Positions 29,509-42,600 of a DNA stretch of 64,000 nucleotides are shown here, in pieces. The DNA comes from the human T2T-CHM13v2.0 reference genome, Homo sapiens. A model generated the notes under the pieces. The model was not told where the DNA came from, did not search any database, and saw only the letters and a list, made by a program, of their open reading frames with translations. Made by a program: the position numbers and the translations under genes. Numbering within the stretch: the stretch's first letter is position 1; each line of letters opens with the position of its first letter. Where the stretch lies: NCBI RefSeq assembly GCF_009914755.1, contig NC_060927.1; one strand, written 5' to 3'.

Positions 29509-29990
29509 GAAAGTGAAACCTCCAGTCCCTAGAAAGTTCACTGACCAACCCAGTTTCACTGACTGGCTGAGTGAAAAACAAACATTAAACCAACAGAACA
29601 AGCTATGAAAATCAAATAAGAAAAAAAAGAAAAAGATTGAAGTTCCAAGAAACTTAGATATTTTCAGTAATGTGCCTTCTGCAAGGAAACTTGAGGGCTT
29701 CAATGACGTCAGTTTCATTTCCAGTAGAGAGCTTTTACCTTTTATCTCTTCAAAAAGAGACTAAAAGCCCCTCTGTCCAGCAGCTAGCTGTGTCGTGGGT
29801 GTGGGTCTAAAGACATCAAGGGAACTGAGGCAGAATCAACGAGGTTCTTCTCACATTGCATTGGGTTTTTTCACATGTCTTCGTATTTTTTTTTTTCACA
29901 TCTCCTCATTTTTGTGTGAGAATAAGCTGTAAGCAAGTCTGTGTCAGTGAGCATATTCAGATCACAACATTTATTGAATCAGTGAGTCAG
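29509..29990. promoter_or_regulatory. Candidate enhancer with IRF/ISRE, CRE and AP-1 motifs
   Basis: GAAAGTGAAACC (29509-29520), CAGTTTCACT (29551), TGACGTCA overlapping AGTTTCATTTCC (29704-29722), TGAGTCA (~29983). Motif evidence only. Confidence 0.4.
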
Positions 29991-30305
29991 AAAATGGCTC
30001 AAAGCTTAGCATGATGAAGTAGAAAATGCATTCTCCTTAGGGCAGGAGAATGGGCCTGTTCTTTCTCCATCATTTATTAGCTGGGTGACCTTGAACAGTC
30101 ACCTCTTTTCTCTGGGCCTCAGTTTCCCCTTCCAGCTATGACATATTTAGCAGATCCTCCTTATGATAGGAGAAAAATATGCTTGCAAAACATCTATAGT
30201 CGGTTTTAGAAATGAGACATTATGAAAAGCTTTCTAAGTGCATGGTGATCTGGGAATTGGAGGTAGGGTTTTTGTTTTGTTTTGTTTTTTGTTTTTCCTC
30301 CAACA

Positions 30306-30537
30306 CAGTTTCCCCACCTTGGCACTCTAGACATTTTGGCCTGAATAATTCTTTGTTATTGGGGGTGGGGGTGGTGGCTGCCTTGTGCATTGTAGGATGT
30401 TTTGTAAAATCTCTAACCTTTAGTCACTAAATACTAGGGACACCCACTCCCTTCTGTCCAGTTGTGACAACACAAAATGTCTCCAGACATTGTTAAATGT
30501 CCACCAGGGGCAAAATTGCCCCCAGTTGAGAAACAGC
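30306..30537. mobile_element. MER20 hAT-Charlie element
   Basis: 'gttgtgacaacacaaaatgtctccagacattgttaaatgtcc...ggggcaaaattgcccccagttgagaa'. Confidence 0.88.
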
Positions 30538-32868
30538 ACCTCTGTTGCATTTTCAACTAAAATTGATGGATTCCTTAAAAGAATGTAGCTGAGACTGGAC
30601 TTCAGAAGGTATAGTAACCAAACAAAGAGGCTCCCTCCATTTCTGTTGACCTAAAGATGTGGTGTCCCTGGGCGCTCAAGAAAGTTAGAAGTGCATGAAG
30701 TCTGGAGGCAGGAAACCACCATCTGAGTTCCTGCGTTATCTTTGACGGCCTGTGTGAACTTCATCATGTTGCTTGACCTCTCTGAGCCTCAGGGACCCCA
30801 TGAATCCAGAGGAAGTAATTCCTCTCCTCCATGAGCCTTCTTTGTGCCATATCCCCTCTTGCACACACACATCACCACAAGGTTGTTAGGAGACCAAAAG
30901 TAATTTACGTGAAAGACACTGTAAGCTAAAAGGCACAGAACAAACATGTGGTATCGCTCTGAAGATTTTTCTTTTTCCTGAGAGACCAAAGAAAAGGAAC
31001 TTTTATTCCAGGATAATTTTTCTGTCAGTCGTGGTGATGGTGACATCGCAGATGCCACCACAGCAGTATTCAAAACAAACAAGGGAGAACATTCTCAGGG
31101 AATACGACCATGACACCAGCTGCAAGACTTGATTCCCCTGGGCTATGAGTTAACTTGCATTTCTCCAGTAAGAATGAGTCTCCTCTAAAGAAGGCATCAT
31201 GGTGTTAAGCAAAGGCAAGACTGTTTTATTTGGCTTTCCACATACCTGGAAGTATATTGGCCCGCTGCTGCCTCTCTTCAGCAAGGCCATCAACCTGAAA
31301 GACATCTAAGTGGCTCATGTCTTCAGCAGCTGAGAACTTTAGAACTAAGAGGGGCTTCTGAATGCTGGTGGTTTCCTCAGAGAGGAAGTCAAGGAGCTCT
31401 GGTCACAGTCAGACCTAGGGTGAGTGGCCCTCCCAATGCCTCAAGCCAGGCCAAATCAGGCTGGGTCCTCCAGTTTGAAACCCACTCTTGAGTTCTGAGA
31501 GTGTTCACATCTAGAGTAACAGCCTGGAAATCAGACTAGATACCAGGTCAGCAGGCTACTGACTATCCAGGAAGCTCAGAAACAAACTAGAATTTTAGAT
31601 AAGAAAACTCTAGGGTCCAAGTGTCAGGTTTAAGTTAGAAAGAGTAGTATAATTTACACTTGTAAAAGTGGTTTATGGACGACTTTTTCATCCTTTGAGG
31701 GTACTATACTATAGCAATCAACGGCTTTCCTTCTGAGCCCTGGATGTATCTCCTGGCCCTGCTCCTGCTAGCTATGTGACTGTGGGCACCCAGTGGGTGT
31801 GAAGTAAATATTAGCTGTGCTATTGGGTGCACCGCTTGATCCTCACAGCAACCTCTGGGGCCAGTGGTGCTATCAACTTCACATTGCAGCTATAGAATCT
31901 GAAGTTCAGAAAAGTGCATCACTGCACAGCATCCCACTTCCCTTTGCCCTCCTCTTTCTTTCAGCTCACTCTTCTTTTGCTTTCTGCTATCTAAATGCCA
32001 TCTGTCCCTCGAAGTCTGTTCAAACGCTACCTCCCCAAAGAATTCTGCCTCCAGAGTGGAGTTAATCTCGGCTTCCTCTAAGCCCCATAGCATTTTGCTG
32101 GTATCTCTATCACATTGCATACTCACCTGGGCCGTAGTAGGTAAGAAAGGTCCAAGACAAGGACATAACTTATTGCAGAGTGTGACGAAGGACATGGAGA
32201 GAAGCAAGGTGAAGAATGCAGAAAGTGTAAAGGAAGGAAAGTTTCCTCCGTGTTTCTCCCATCAGAGAGTCATTATATCCCATGCTATCTTTTAAAGGTA
32301 TTCCCTGCTTCTCCCACCTGATAGTCATATTGCATCATGACATCTTTGAAAGCACTCACCACTCTCTGGCTCCAGTCAAAGCTAACTCCATATATGCTGT
32401 CTCCTATCCAAGACTCAGCATCTTGGTGGGTGGAACAGTTTGGATTCACTTCCGCATGCCCCATAGCACATGGCTCTATGAGGGGCCCAAGGTTGCAGGT
32501 GCTTAAAAAATGCATATGGCACTGAACTGAGAAGAGCTTGCTGACAGTGGGTGATGGTGATGGATGACGGAAGATATGATCATGATAACGATGAGGTTAT
32601 CTGAACCGAAACCTAGCCGCTGAAACCTAGCCGTCACGAAGGGTGATGTACTCACGATGTTTCACTATGACTGAGTGAACAACAAGAGATCCACGAATTA
32701 GACCTAGAAACAGCCCACTCACTGGCAAACTGAAAAGAAACTGGAAAAGGAAAAAGGCATATGGGTGGAGACTTGTTGTATCAGCTCGAGCCCTGATCTA
32801 TATAGATTAATATAGCAGTGGCGTATGAAAACACTGTTCTCCCTGATTGTTTAAAAAATGCAGTTTAT

Positions 32869-33135
32869 TAACACAGGTACAGAAAACCAAACACCACATG
32901 TTCTCACTCATAAGTGGGAGGTGAACAATGAGAACACATGGATACAAGGAAGGGAACATCACACAAGGGCAAGGGGAGGGGGAGCATTAGGACAAATACC
33001 TAATGCATGCAAGGCTTAAAAGCTAGATGGCGGGTTGATGGGTGCAGCAAACCACCATGGCACATGTATACTTATGTAACAAAACTGCACGTTCTGCACA
33101 TGTATTCCAGAACTTAAAGTAAAATTTAAAAAAAA
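32869..33135 (+). mobile_element. 5'-truncated primate L1 3' end (L1PA7-10-like)
   Basis: 'atgttctcactcataagtgggag...gcagcaaaccaccatggcacatgtatac...agaacttaaagta' plus A-tail. 16-bp TSD aaaaaatgcag(t/c)ttat at a TT/AAAA site. Confidence 0.92.
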
Positions 33136-34895
33136 TGCAGCTTATAAAATCATTGAAAAAGCCCTATTTATTATTATTATTAATTGAGGAAGATGTAGAA
33201 AATATCTAAAAGGAAAGATAAGAGAAACAATCTCATTACAAGGAGTTGGTGCTATTTAAATTTTATTGTAGTTTCCTTCTTGTATATGTCTGATTTTGTG
33301 TAGTTGAAATCATGATTCTGTATATTACAAAATACATTTTGTTGATTTTTATATAGCTAACACACACATAAGGTACAAAATTCAAAAGGCACAAAAGGGT
33401 ACGCAATGAAAAGCCAGTTTCTCTCTCGCCCCCTGCCTCCCACAACCAGACTTTCTCTTAAATGTCTCATAAATCCTTCCAGGGGAGTCCTATGCCTACC
33501 ATTGTACATTTTGGAGTGAGTTAATAGCCCTTAATCCTTCAAGGTTCTCAGGAACCAAAAATTGTTATGAGAAGGAAATACATCCCTAATGCAATGTATC
33601 TGCGCTGATAAAAGATGCAATTATACTACCTCTATGCCAGTTACATAAGCAAATTTATATAGTACAAGTCTTTCTAAGTAATGTTCTCATATTGACAACA
33701 GTAGTTGCAGGTACTCAACCGAGACACACTCCCTTAACAGGCATCCATCCCAAAGATTTCCCAAAGATGTCCTCAGTAACCAAAGTGATTCGAAAAGCTC
33801 AGAAACATAGATATCAGAGTCTGCAGTTCTCGGCGGTGTAGCGACTAAGACACTAACCCCCATGCCAGGCTCCTAAATGCAGGCTTCACCTTCTTCCAAG
33901 ATCAGACCTGGCAAGTACTCTTCCTCATCTTGTTCTGCCCTAGGGTGCTGGGGGTGGGCAGGAAGCATGGGAGGGGTGGGTGGGGGAATTCCAGTTCAAA
34001 TGAAGCAGTTTAAAGAAAGTCATTTCCATAAAATCTTGCTTAAAATAGAGAAAGCCATTCTATGCTTACCGAAACTCTGTCCTCTTCAAACTCACCCCCA
34101 ACCCACCCCCAACACATAAAGAAGAGGAGGAGCGGGATCCAGGGTTTCCCTCGAGATCTTGGGCCGTGTGCGCTGCCCCACGGGCTTACACTGACACAGA
34201 TCCTCCCACCTGAGTCTTCACCACCCACAGTCTCATTGTGGATCTTCTCCCCAGTAGGCAGTTTCAGGAGTTTTTCAGGAATCTGCTAGTTTGGAAGTTT
34301 ATTTACCAGTGAAATGAATTTCCCTGTCTGCTCTCCTTCCTCTCCTCCCAGTACCCATCTGATAAAGTTACAGAAGGCATCTCGGATTCACAACAACCCT
34401 CACCAGCCCCCCACTGAATAGCACATCGTCTGGCAACAGGAGGCGTTTGATTACATTTGGATGGAACGCCTGCATCAACTCCAGTTGTCCCTGAATTGGA
34501 ACTGATGGGCCTCACGTGCTGCAGCCAACAGTTTGCCTTCACCCACTCCCCTCTCCGAAGGGAACCTTTCTTTGGGAAAACAAGAAACCTACGTGCCATC
34601 CTGGGTGAGAGACTAACAGGAGCTGTGTCCCAGCATTGCCTTCCAGGCGAAGCAGACAAGAGTACACTCTCAGAGGTGTGAAACTGCGAGCCGTGCTTCA
34701 AGCATCCTAGAAAGAACCTCTAAACCAGGGGACCCAATTGCCCTCTTCAAAGTACCTCTATGCCTCTATGTTCATTTCAACTCACAGGCATTGAGTTCTT
34801 ACTACATGCAGTATAAGGCATTCTGCTGTTGTCTCCTTAGCAAGCCCTCATAGCCTCCCCTCTCCCATTCTGACTTATTTACTCAGACACTATTC

Positions 34896-35358
34896 TGTAG
34901 GCAGAATATTGGCCCTACAAAAATGTCCATGTCCTGTCCGTGTCCTAATGCCCTGAACTTGTGAATATGTTATATTACATGGCAAGGGAGCATTAAGGTT
35001 GCAGATGAAATTAAGCTTGCTGCAGCTGACCATAAAACAGGAAAATTATCTAGGGTTATTCATGTGGCCCCAGTGTAATCACAAAGACCCATAAGTAGGA
35101 AAGAGGGAAGCAGAAGTAGAAGAGTCAGAACTAGAGTGGTGGTATCTTGAGAAAGACTCGAACTGCCATTGCTGGCTTGGGGGATGGAGGAAGGGGCCAG
35201 GAGCCAAGGAGTACAGGCAGCCTTTACAATCTGGAAAAGGCAGGAAAACAGATTGTTCCCTACGGATTTGTTGATTTTAGTCCAGTGAAATCCATTGTAG
35301 ATTTCCGACCTCCAGAACTGCAAGAGAATAAATTTGTATTGTTGCAGCCAGCAGCAAC
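34896..35358 (+). mobile_element. MLT1D-like MaLR LTR
   Basis: 'tgtaggcagaat...gaatatgttatattacatggcaaggg...gacctccagaactgcaagagaataaatttgtattgtt'. Confidence 0.8.
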
Positions 35359-35439
35359 ACATTCACTGTAGACCTCCTATGTGCCAGGCCTGATACCTGG
35401 TGCTGAGAGGGCATTCTCACAGCAAGGGATTTGTACCTT

Positions 35440-35900
35440 GTATCAGTCATCAGGGTCCCACTAGGGAAACTAAAGCTACTCTAAGTGTCTGAGCAGAACG
35501 AGTTTAATGTAGGTCACTGGCGACACAGGTGGTGGAAGAAGTTAAGAAGCTAACCCAGACATTAGCAATAGCAGAAGTTATTACGCTGGTGCTGCTAGAC
35601 TAGGCCAGAGAGATAAAGAAAGGAGGTCATGTTACTGGAATCCAGAAGCCAGGGTCACCTGGTAGAAACTGGACCACGGTGGGCCTGTCCAGTAGAAGCT
35701 GGAGCTATGGGTGGGGATAGAACGAGCCAGAGGTGCTGGCAGAGGCAGAAAGGGAGAGAAATAAACCCAGCTTCTTCCTGCCTCCTGCCCCTCTGTCTCC
35801 TGACAATGTCTCCCACTGGCTGTGCCCAGGGGAAGCCAGCTGATGTGGGTACTTGGGATACACAAGGGTCATCCCTCTGTGGTTGAGGGAAGAGCAATGA
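35440..35900 (-). mobile_element. Old ERVL-type LTR (LTR33-like)
   Basis: 'tgtatcagtc..agggtccc...aagctactctaag...tttaatgtagg' and 'ctcccactggctg...gggaagccagctga'. Confidence 0.45.
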
Positions 35901-35932
35901 ATGGACTAATGAATCCGAGGATAGATTCATTC

Positions 35933-36060
35933 ATTCCTTTGTAGTTAGGTGTGACTGAGTTCCAGCTAACGGAACATGAGTGGAAATATATGTGCCACTT
36001 CCAGGCCTGGCTGTGAAAACCTCCCATGCACACTCCAGCATGGTTCCCCCTCCTGCCAGA
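35933..36060 (+). repeat. Dispersed 128-bp duplicate of 36623-36750
   Basis: Ungapped alignment at offset 690 with 5 mismatches in 128 bp. Confidence 0.95.
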
Positions 36061-36554
36061 CTGGTATCTATTCCTTCTCTGTGTTGGTCTCCATGAATCT
36101 TGAAATATAACTTATTGTTTAAAATCCAAGTTTTTACCATGATTTCTAAGGCCCTTCATCATGTGGCCCTTCCCTAGCTTCCCACTCTCATTCTGTGTGT
36201 CCTGCCCTCATTCACACACCACACTGGCCTTTGCTTTGCTCTCAATATCCCAGGCACGTCCCATCTCAGGGCCCTGCACTTGTAGCTTCTGCTGGACTCC
36301 TCTCCTCTTGTCTTTCTCTTAACTGATAACTGTTCACCATTTGGATGTCAGCTCGACTGTTATTTAGTTAGGCGACCACTTACTCCATCTAAGAAAGGCC
36401 CCCTTCAGCTTAAATGACAGTCACATTTCCTTATTTTATTTTCCTCATGATACCTGAGATGATTTTGGTTATGTGTTTATTTATGTAGCATAACCTTCCC
36501 AAACCTGTAAGCCCCTTGAGGATAGGAGCATGATCTTAATATTTGCTATATCCT

Positions 36555-36924
36555 TGTATCAGTCAGTTAGATGTTCACCAAAATCTTTCTTTTTCTTGAA
36601 AATAGAGCAGGGCTCATTTCAGATTCCTTTGTAGTTAGGTGTGACTGAGTTCCAGCTAATGGAACATGTGTAGAAATATATGTGCCACTTCCAGGCCTGG
36701 CTGTGAAAACCTCCCATGCACACTCCAGCATGGTCCCCCCTCCTACCAGATGATGACAAGGCCTCAGGGAGTAGTAGAGGGACGAGATGAAAGAAACCTG
36801 GCCTCTTGAATGACTAAGTGAAGGAGAGTTGCCCCAGCAACCTACATTCTCCTCCAAGACTGTTATGTGAGCAAGAAATAAGTTCTGTGTTGACTCATTA
36901 CATGAGGCTACCCTAACTAAAACA
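36555..36924 (+). mobile_element. MLT1I/J-like MaLR LTR (parent of the local duplicates)
   Basis: 'tgttcaccaaa...gtagttaggtgtgactgagttc...gtgccacttccaggcctggc...agcaagaaataa...ccctaactaaaaca'. Confidence 0.75.
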
Positions 36925-37248
36925 ATGCCCAATGCCAAGAGCAGTACCTGGTCCATAATTAGCCCTCAATGAACAGTGATTGAATGACTGACTATTACAC
37001 ACTTAATAATGATGTGTTCAGTGATGAAATGTCTTTTCCCAACACTCGTTCTTCATTTACTAAGCTCCCTGAGGACAAGGATGTTTTATCAATCTCTATA
37101 CACTCTGTGCTTTCCACTGTACCTAAACCTCAGTAGTCATTCAATGGATGTGTGTTGCATTGAGTTTCCAGGCAATGTAAGGGAGACAATGACTGGCAAA
37201 GCATGGTCAAGATGCACGAGCATGAGGAGGTGTTAGACATGCCTGTGA

Positions 37249-37756
<508 letters not shown>

Positions 37757-38844
37757 TGAGTGCCTAAGATGGGCTAGTGCCCTGGCTGAATCTTCTGCAC
37801 CTACTAGGGGCTTAGGAAATATGAGAACTCAAAGTTCTGAAGAAATTGGAATTACCTCCCAGAAGACAAATGGGAGGCTCCAGGCTCCAGCCGAGGACTG
37901 AGAAAATTGCCTGTGTCATGCAGCCGACGTGTTGAGCTGGGATGCCACTGCTGCTGCTGTGTGCCTTATGCAAGTTTCTGGGTGGTCTGCCAGACTCTCC
38001 TGGAATCAACAACAGCGCAGGGACCCCCTTTGCAGCTCTTCTACTTGCCCGGGCTAATGGCCCTGGCATTCTAAGTCTGCCCTTTTCCATACATTCTTTC
38101 CTCCTTTCTGTGCCAGGATTTCAGTAGATGATTTAGAGTGAGTTCCGGGCCATTTAGCTCAGAGATTTGGGTGAAAGTTTCCTCCCACCCATCCCAGGCC
38201 TCAGATAGCCCATCAGGGTATGACCAGGTCCTGTGAAGGAAGGGGAAGAAAAGCTTGTGGAGATTTTCAGGCACAGGGTAGGAGACGTTTCCTCAGCTGC
38301 TGCATTTGCCTACTGTAATCTGGCTGTACAAGGCTTGTCAATAATAGATTGGTTGAAAATGTAGGACAAAAAACTCAGGAAGACGTAACTTGCCTACACA
38401 GAGACTGCAAAGGCCCCTGGAGGGTTGCTGGCAGGCTGGATGATTTGTCGCTGCAAAGAGGGAAGGCGCTGTTGCCTGAAGGGGCAGGTGGCCGAAAGAA
38501 AAGAGGAAGATTAGATGACCAGTTCTTCACAGGGGTTCAGCCTTTACCAGCCTGGAGACACTCCTCTCTGTGCTTGAGCGCCTCTCTCTGTAAATAAATC
38601 CAGGCTGCTCTTACAGTGCAGGATGTCCCACATACCGTACATCTGAGGTGGGGTGAAATACAAATATGCCTTTTCATAATAGCTTTACACCTGGTGCAGC
38701 AGAGGACTGGTTTATTACCTTGGTAAACAAAAGTTAGAATTCAAGCAAAGTACAAACTTTGCCGAAGGCACTTCTGACAGTGCACCTTGTGTTTGTGAAG
38801 TGAACTCGATATATATACGATGTGAAGCAATGGAAGGCTGGGCT

Positions 38845-38913
38845 TTTTCTTTCTTTCTTTCTTTCTTTCTTTTTTTTTTTCACTTGTCTGATTTGCAAGG
38901 TTTAAAAGTTCAC

Positions 38914-38958
<45 letters not shown>
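38845..38958. repeat. (TTTC)n tract followed by (GT)~10(AG)~12 compound microsatellite
   Basis: Directly visible. Confidence 0.93.
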
Positions 38959-38959
<1 letters not shown>

Positions 38960-39510
38960 AAGGTTGGGGGAATTTACTTTGGCTCTGGCTTTTTCCAGCA
39001 TTTTGAAATCATGCTGTTTAGCGTGGAAAAAAATATGTGAGCCAATTTATATTGTTTTCCAGAGAGAATGTACTTCTTGCTGCTCTCAGAGTGACAATGA
39101 GAATTTTTGGGTTGGAGACAGGGTAAACCAGTTTGGGGAACACACAAAGGAACCAGGATTTGCATTAAATCTAACTTAAATTAAACAATAAAAAATAAAT
39201 ATTTATTCAGTGCATTTTTTTTTGCACCAAGCACAGAACCAAAAACTTTCATCACCATTATTTCATTTAGTCTTCTCAACCGCATGAAGCAGGGATTCTT
39301 GATCAAAATATCCATTTCACAGGTGAGGAAACTGAGGCTATGGTTGCTCAAGTATTCAAGCTTGTGTGTTCTAATTCTAAATTCAGGTTTTTATGCATGT
39401 CCCCTAAGCTGTGCACGGGATCACAGACTATATGGTGTCCTGTCACTTTGCTTCTTTTTCCTGAACCCCCGCATTTTTCAGCCTTGTTCTCTGCCTCAAT
39501 GAATAGTGAT

Positions 39511-39600
39511 TGTGCCACTTCCAGGCCTGGCTGTGAAAACCTCCCATGCACACTCCAGCATGGTCCCTCCTCCTACCAGGTGATGACAAGGCCCCAGGGA
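39511..39600 (+). repeat. Dispersed 90-bp duplicate of 36681-36770
   Basis: Ungapped alignment with 3 mismatches in 90 bp. Confidence 0.95.
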
Positions 39601-42600
39601 ATAGCAGTACTTGGGGAAATGACTGATCTTCTCCGTTCTTTGGTGTATTTCTGCCCAGATGATCTCCATACTGCTTACTTATCACCTAGTCATTTGAGCT
39701 GCCCTACGACCAGCCAGCACCTTCATGCATTCCAATACCAAGGATCTGAAACATGTGGATTAGATTTCCCCTCAAAACACACATAAGCCGAAAAGCTAAG
39801 GCAGAAAGTGCAAAGCAAGAACACATCTTATGTTTGGTTAGCTCCACAAATGCCTCTGCATTCTCCCATCCCCAGCTTGAATAAATCAGATAAGCTTCAG
39901 CAAAAGCATCTGAACTTTTTGGATTCTTTTCCCAAACAAGCCTTTGAACCTGAAGAACTTTGCCTATCTCTGCGTGTTCACTCCTCAAATGTTCAGCTGG
40001 GGCTTGCCCACTGCACAGCTCAAGCTGGTGAAATTTAACTCTTTCATCCACAGATTACTTTCCAACCCGTCTGAAGTGACAGTAAACTCATTAGGCTCAT
40101 TTTCAAGAAGACTCTCTATGAATGTGTCAGCTTATGCCTGTCTCCACAGACGAAGGATTCCTTCAGGGAACATATTAAACTGAGACTAGTGAGAGGTGAT
40201 GCCATTAAAGCGTTGTCAGTTCAGCAGTTTTATGGTACCAGAGCTGTGGCTGCTTGTCCTTAGCAGGATTTCAAGAGAAAGCCTCGTCTCCCTCCTCCAG
40301 ATCCCCTGCTACCTCCACCCCCTACCATGGATGCATCTTTAATTGCAGTTCCTTGAGGAATGCCTTTGGCTTTATTTATTACAAGCTGTTAGAAAATTAT
40401 TGGAACACAAATACTTATTACAGTGAACAGATTTCAGTTGCAAATGGATTCAACCCAATTCCTGTGCCCAAGCCCCTGAGGGAACAGGAATGGAGATCTC
40501 TGGGCTGTGAAACGAAACTTGGTCAAGGATGCTTCCTTCAGAGACTCTGCTCTGAAAACCCAGGAGAGCCAAAAAGTGGAAGGCTAGCATTTAAATGAAC
40601 TGTAAAGAGCATCTAACCCCTTTGTCTTACAGAGGAGGAAATGGAGGTTCAGTGGAAATAGCAAGGCCAAGGCTAAAATAGCCAGCCAACAATAGGCCTC
40701 TGCAACTCCCCGGCCAGGCATTATAGCTCTCTTCCATGCTGTCTTTTATACCCAGAGAAAGTGAGATTAAATAAAGCCAAAAAAAAATTGGCCCTAAATC
40801 CTGGCCTGGATCCACGTATCCGGGCTTTTCATTACAGCTTGTCAATACATGGCCATAGATTGAGTCCATAGAAAGATGCTCACCCCACGACAGAAGAGAG
40901 ACAGGAAACCTGGAATGCTTCTGAAACATTGACTGGAAATCTTACTCAATGTTAAGAGATCTTAGTGTATCTTTACATGGTAACATTTCTAGACCAGATA
41001 GGCAACGCTTAAAGAGAAATCTATACTCCTTTCCTACTTTCAATTTCATTCTCATTAGCTGCTTTGATTTTCTTGCTGGTGACTCTCAGCTGCTATGGAT
41101 CCTTATTATTGGGAAGTACAGTTAGTCCATGATGGGGTTCTAAATTGAAGTAACTGATAGAGTATGAGAATATTAGGGCTAGAAGAAAACTTAATGATAC
41201 TCTGGCCATATCTTCAGTTTCCAGTTGAGTACAGTGGGTCTGAGAGAGGTTGAGTGACTTCAGGCAGGGTCACTGGGTACACTATGGACTGCAAAACATT
41301 GAATTGCCCCACCACGTGAAAGGAGGTTCCTTCCATCTGACAATGACAAACCACTTCCCTTTGTAATACTTAGGTGTCTTTTATGAATTATTAATGGATT
41401 GTGCCCAGTTCTACAGAGCCGAATGTGTATTGCAGCCTAGTCCTAACAAATCCACTGACATCTGCATGAGGTATGGATCATGAGATATCCTCGCCATCTT
41501 TTGTTTCATGGAAAGACCAGTAAACAGAAGTCAGGGGAATTTTCCAAGATTACATGGTGAGTCAGCAAAGGCTCTGGGGCAACAAGCTGTTACTGGATGA
41601 GGAATCGGAAGATACAAATTCCAGTCTTCACACTGTCTCTAATCATGTGGGAGATCTTGGGCAAGCCACTTCTGTCTCTGAGTCTCAGTTTCTTCACCCA
41701 TAGAAGGGCTTTTCAGGATGGCCTCTAAGAACCTTTCAGCTTGCTGTGGCCTATGGATCTAGAATACAAGGTTCAGAGCTATTTAATGTCTAAAATATGA
41801 TTGTGCAAAGCCAGAGATTGCCACAATGATACACCCTCAGAATTCTGGGTTTTGCCTCCAAAATTGGAAGTGTCTTAGCAATTTGTGTGCAAATAATAAT
41901 AGTAGTAACAATACTTTTTTTTTTCTTAAATTATTTTCAAGCTCTTGGTGATTGCAGTACTTGTCTGCTTGCAAGGACAATCATATAACACAACAAACTA
42001 ATAACAGACAATGAGAGAACTCAGAAATATGATATCTTTATTATTTTTACTTTTTGAAAAATAATAAGAAAAATAAATGGTATTTATGGAAAACTTACCA
42101 TATGCCATGCAGTTTATATGTACCATCTGTTTTAAGATCTATGAACAGTGTTATCATGCCCTTTGTATAGATGAAGAAACTGAGATTCAATGATGAAATA
42201 ATTCATCCGCTACGTACACAACTATTAAGCAATAAAGCCCAGAGTTGAAACCAGCTTTCTTGACTCCAAAGCTGATGTTTCCCACAATTACAGGTTGCAT
42301 ACATAAAATAATACTGCCTTGTTTGTTAGCAAAAGTGTTTTTCCATAAGAAAAGAAAATTAAATGTTCCATAAGAACATTTTATTGGACGTGACAAAGAA
42401 CACCACCACGGCTTCCCTGGGATGCAACATTTGAACATCTTTGAAAACAGACCAAAAAGTTTGAGGCATTAGTCTGACTTTCCCCCAGTAATTTAGGAGG
42501 GATAGATACCTATGTCTAGAATTATTCCATTCAGAAATATTTATTAGTATGTCCATAAGATCTAGGGCCAGGTGGCCATTTCTTGTTTGGAATTTGCATA

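Noticed and set aside
30500-30516. CTCF-like CCACCAGGGGCAAA
   Set aside because: Part of the MER20 body and an imperfect motif match; binding cannot be supported from sequence alone.
35436-36565. 14-bp direct repeat ccttgtatcagtca (35436 and 36552) as a TSD
   Set aside because: Both copies coincide with TG-starting LTR termini of similar composition, and no single element lies between them.
39063-39122. Possible 60-nt plus-strand exon
   Set aside because: Weak donor (GTAAAC) and no other support.
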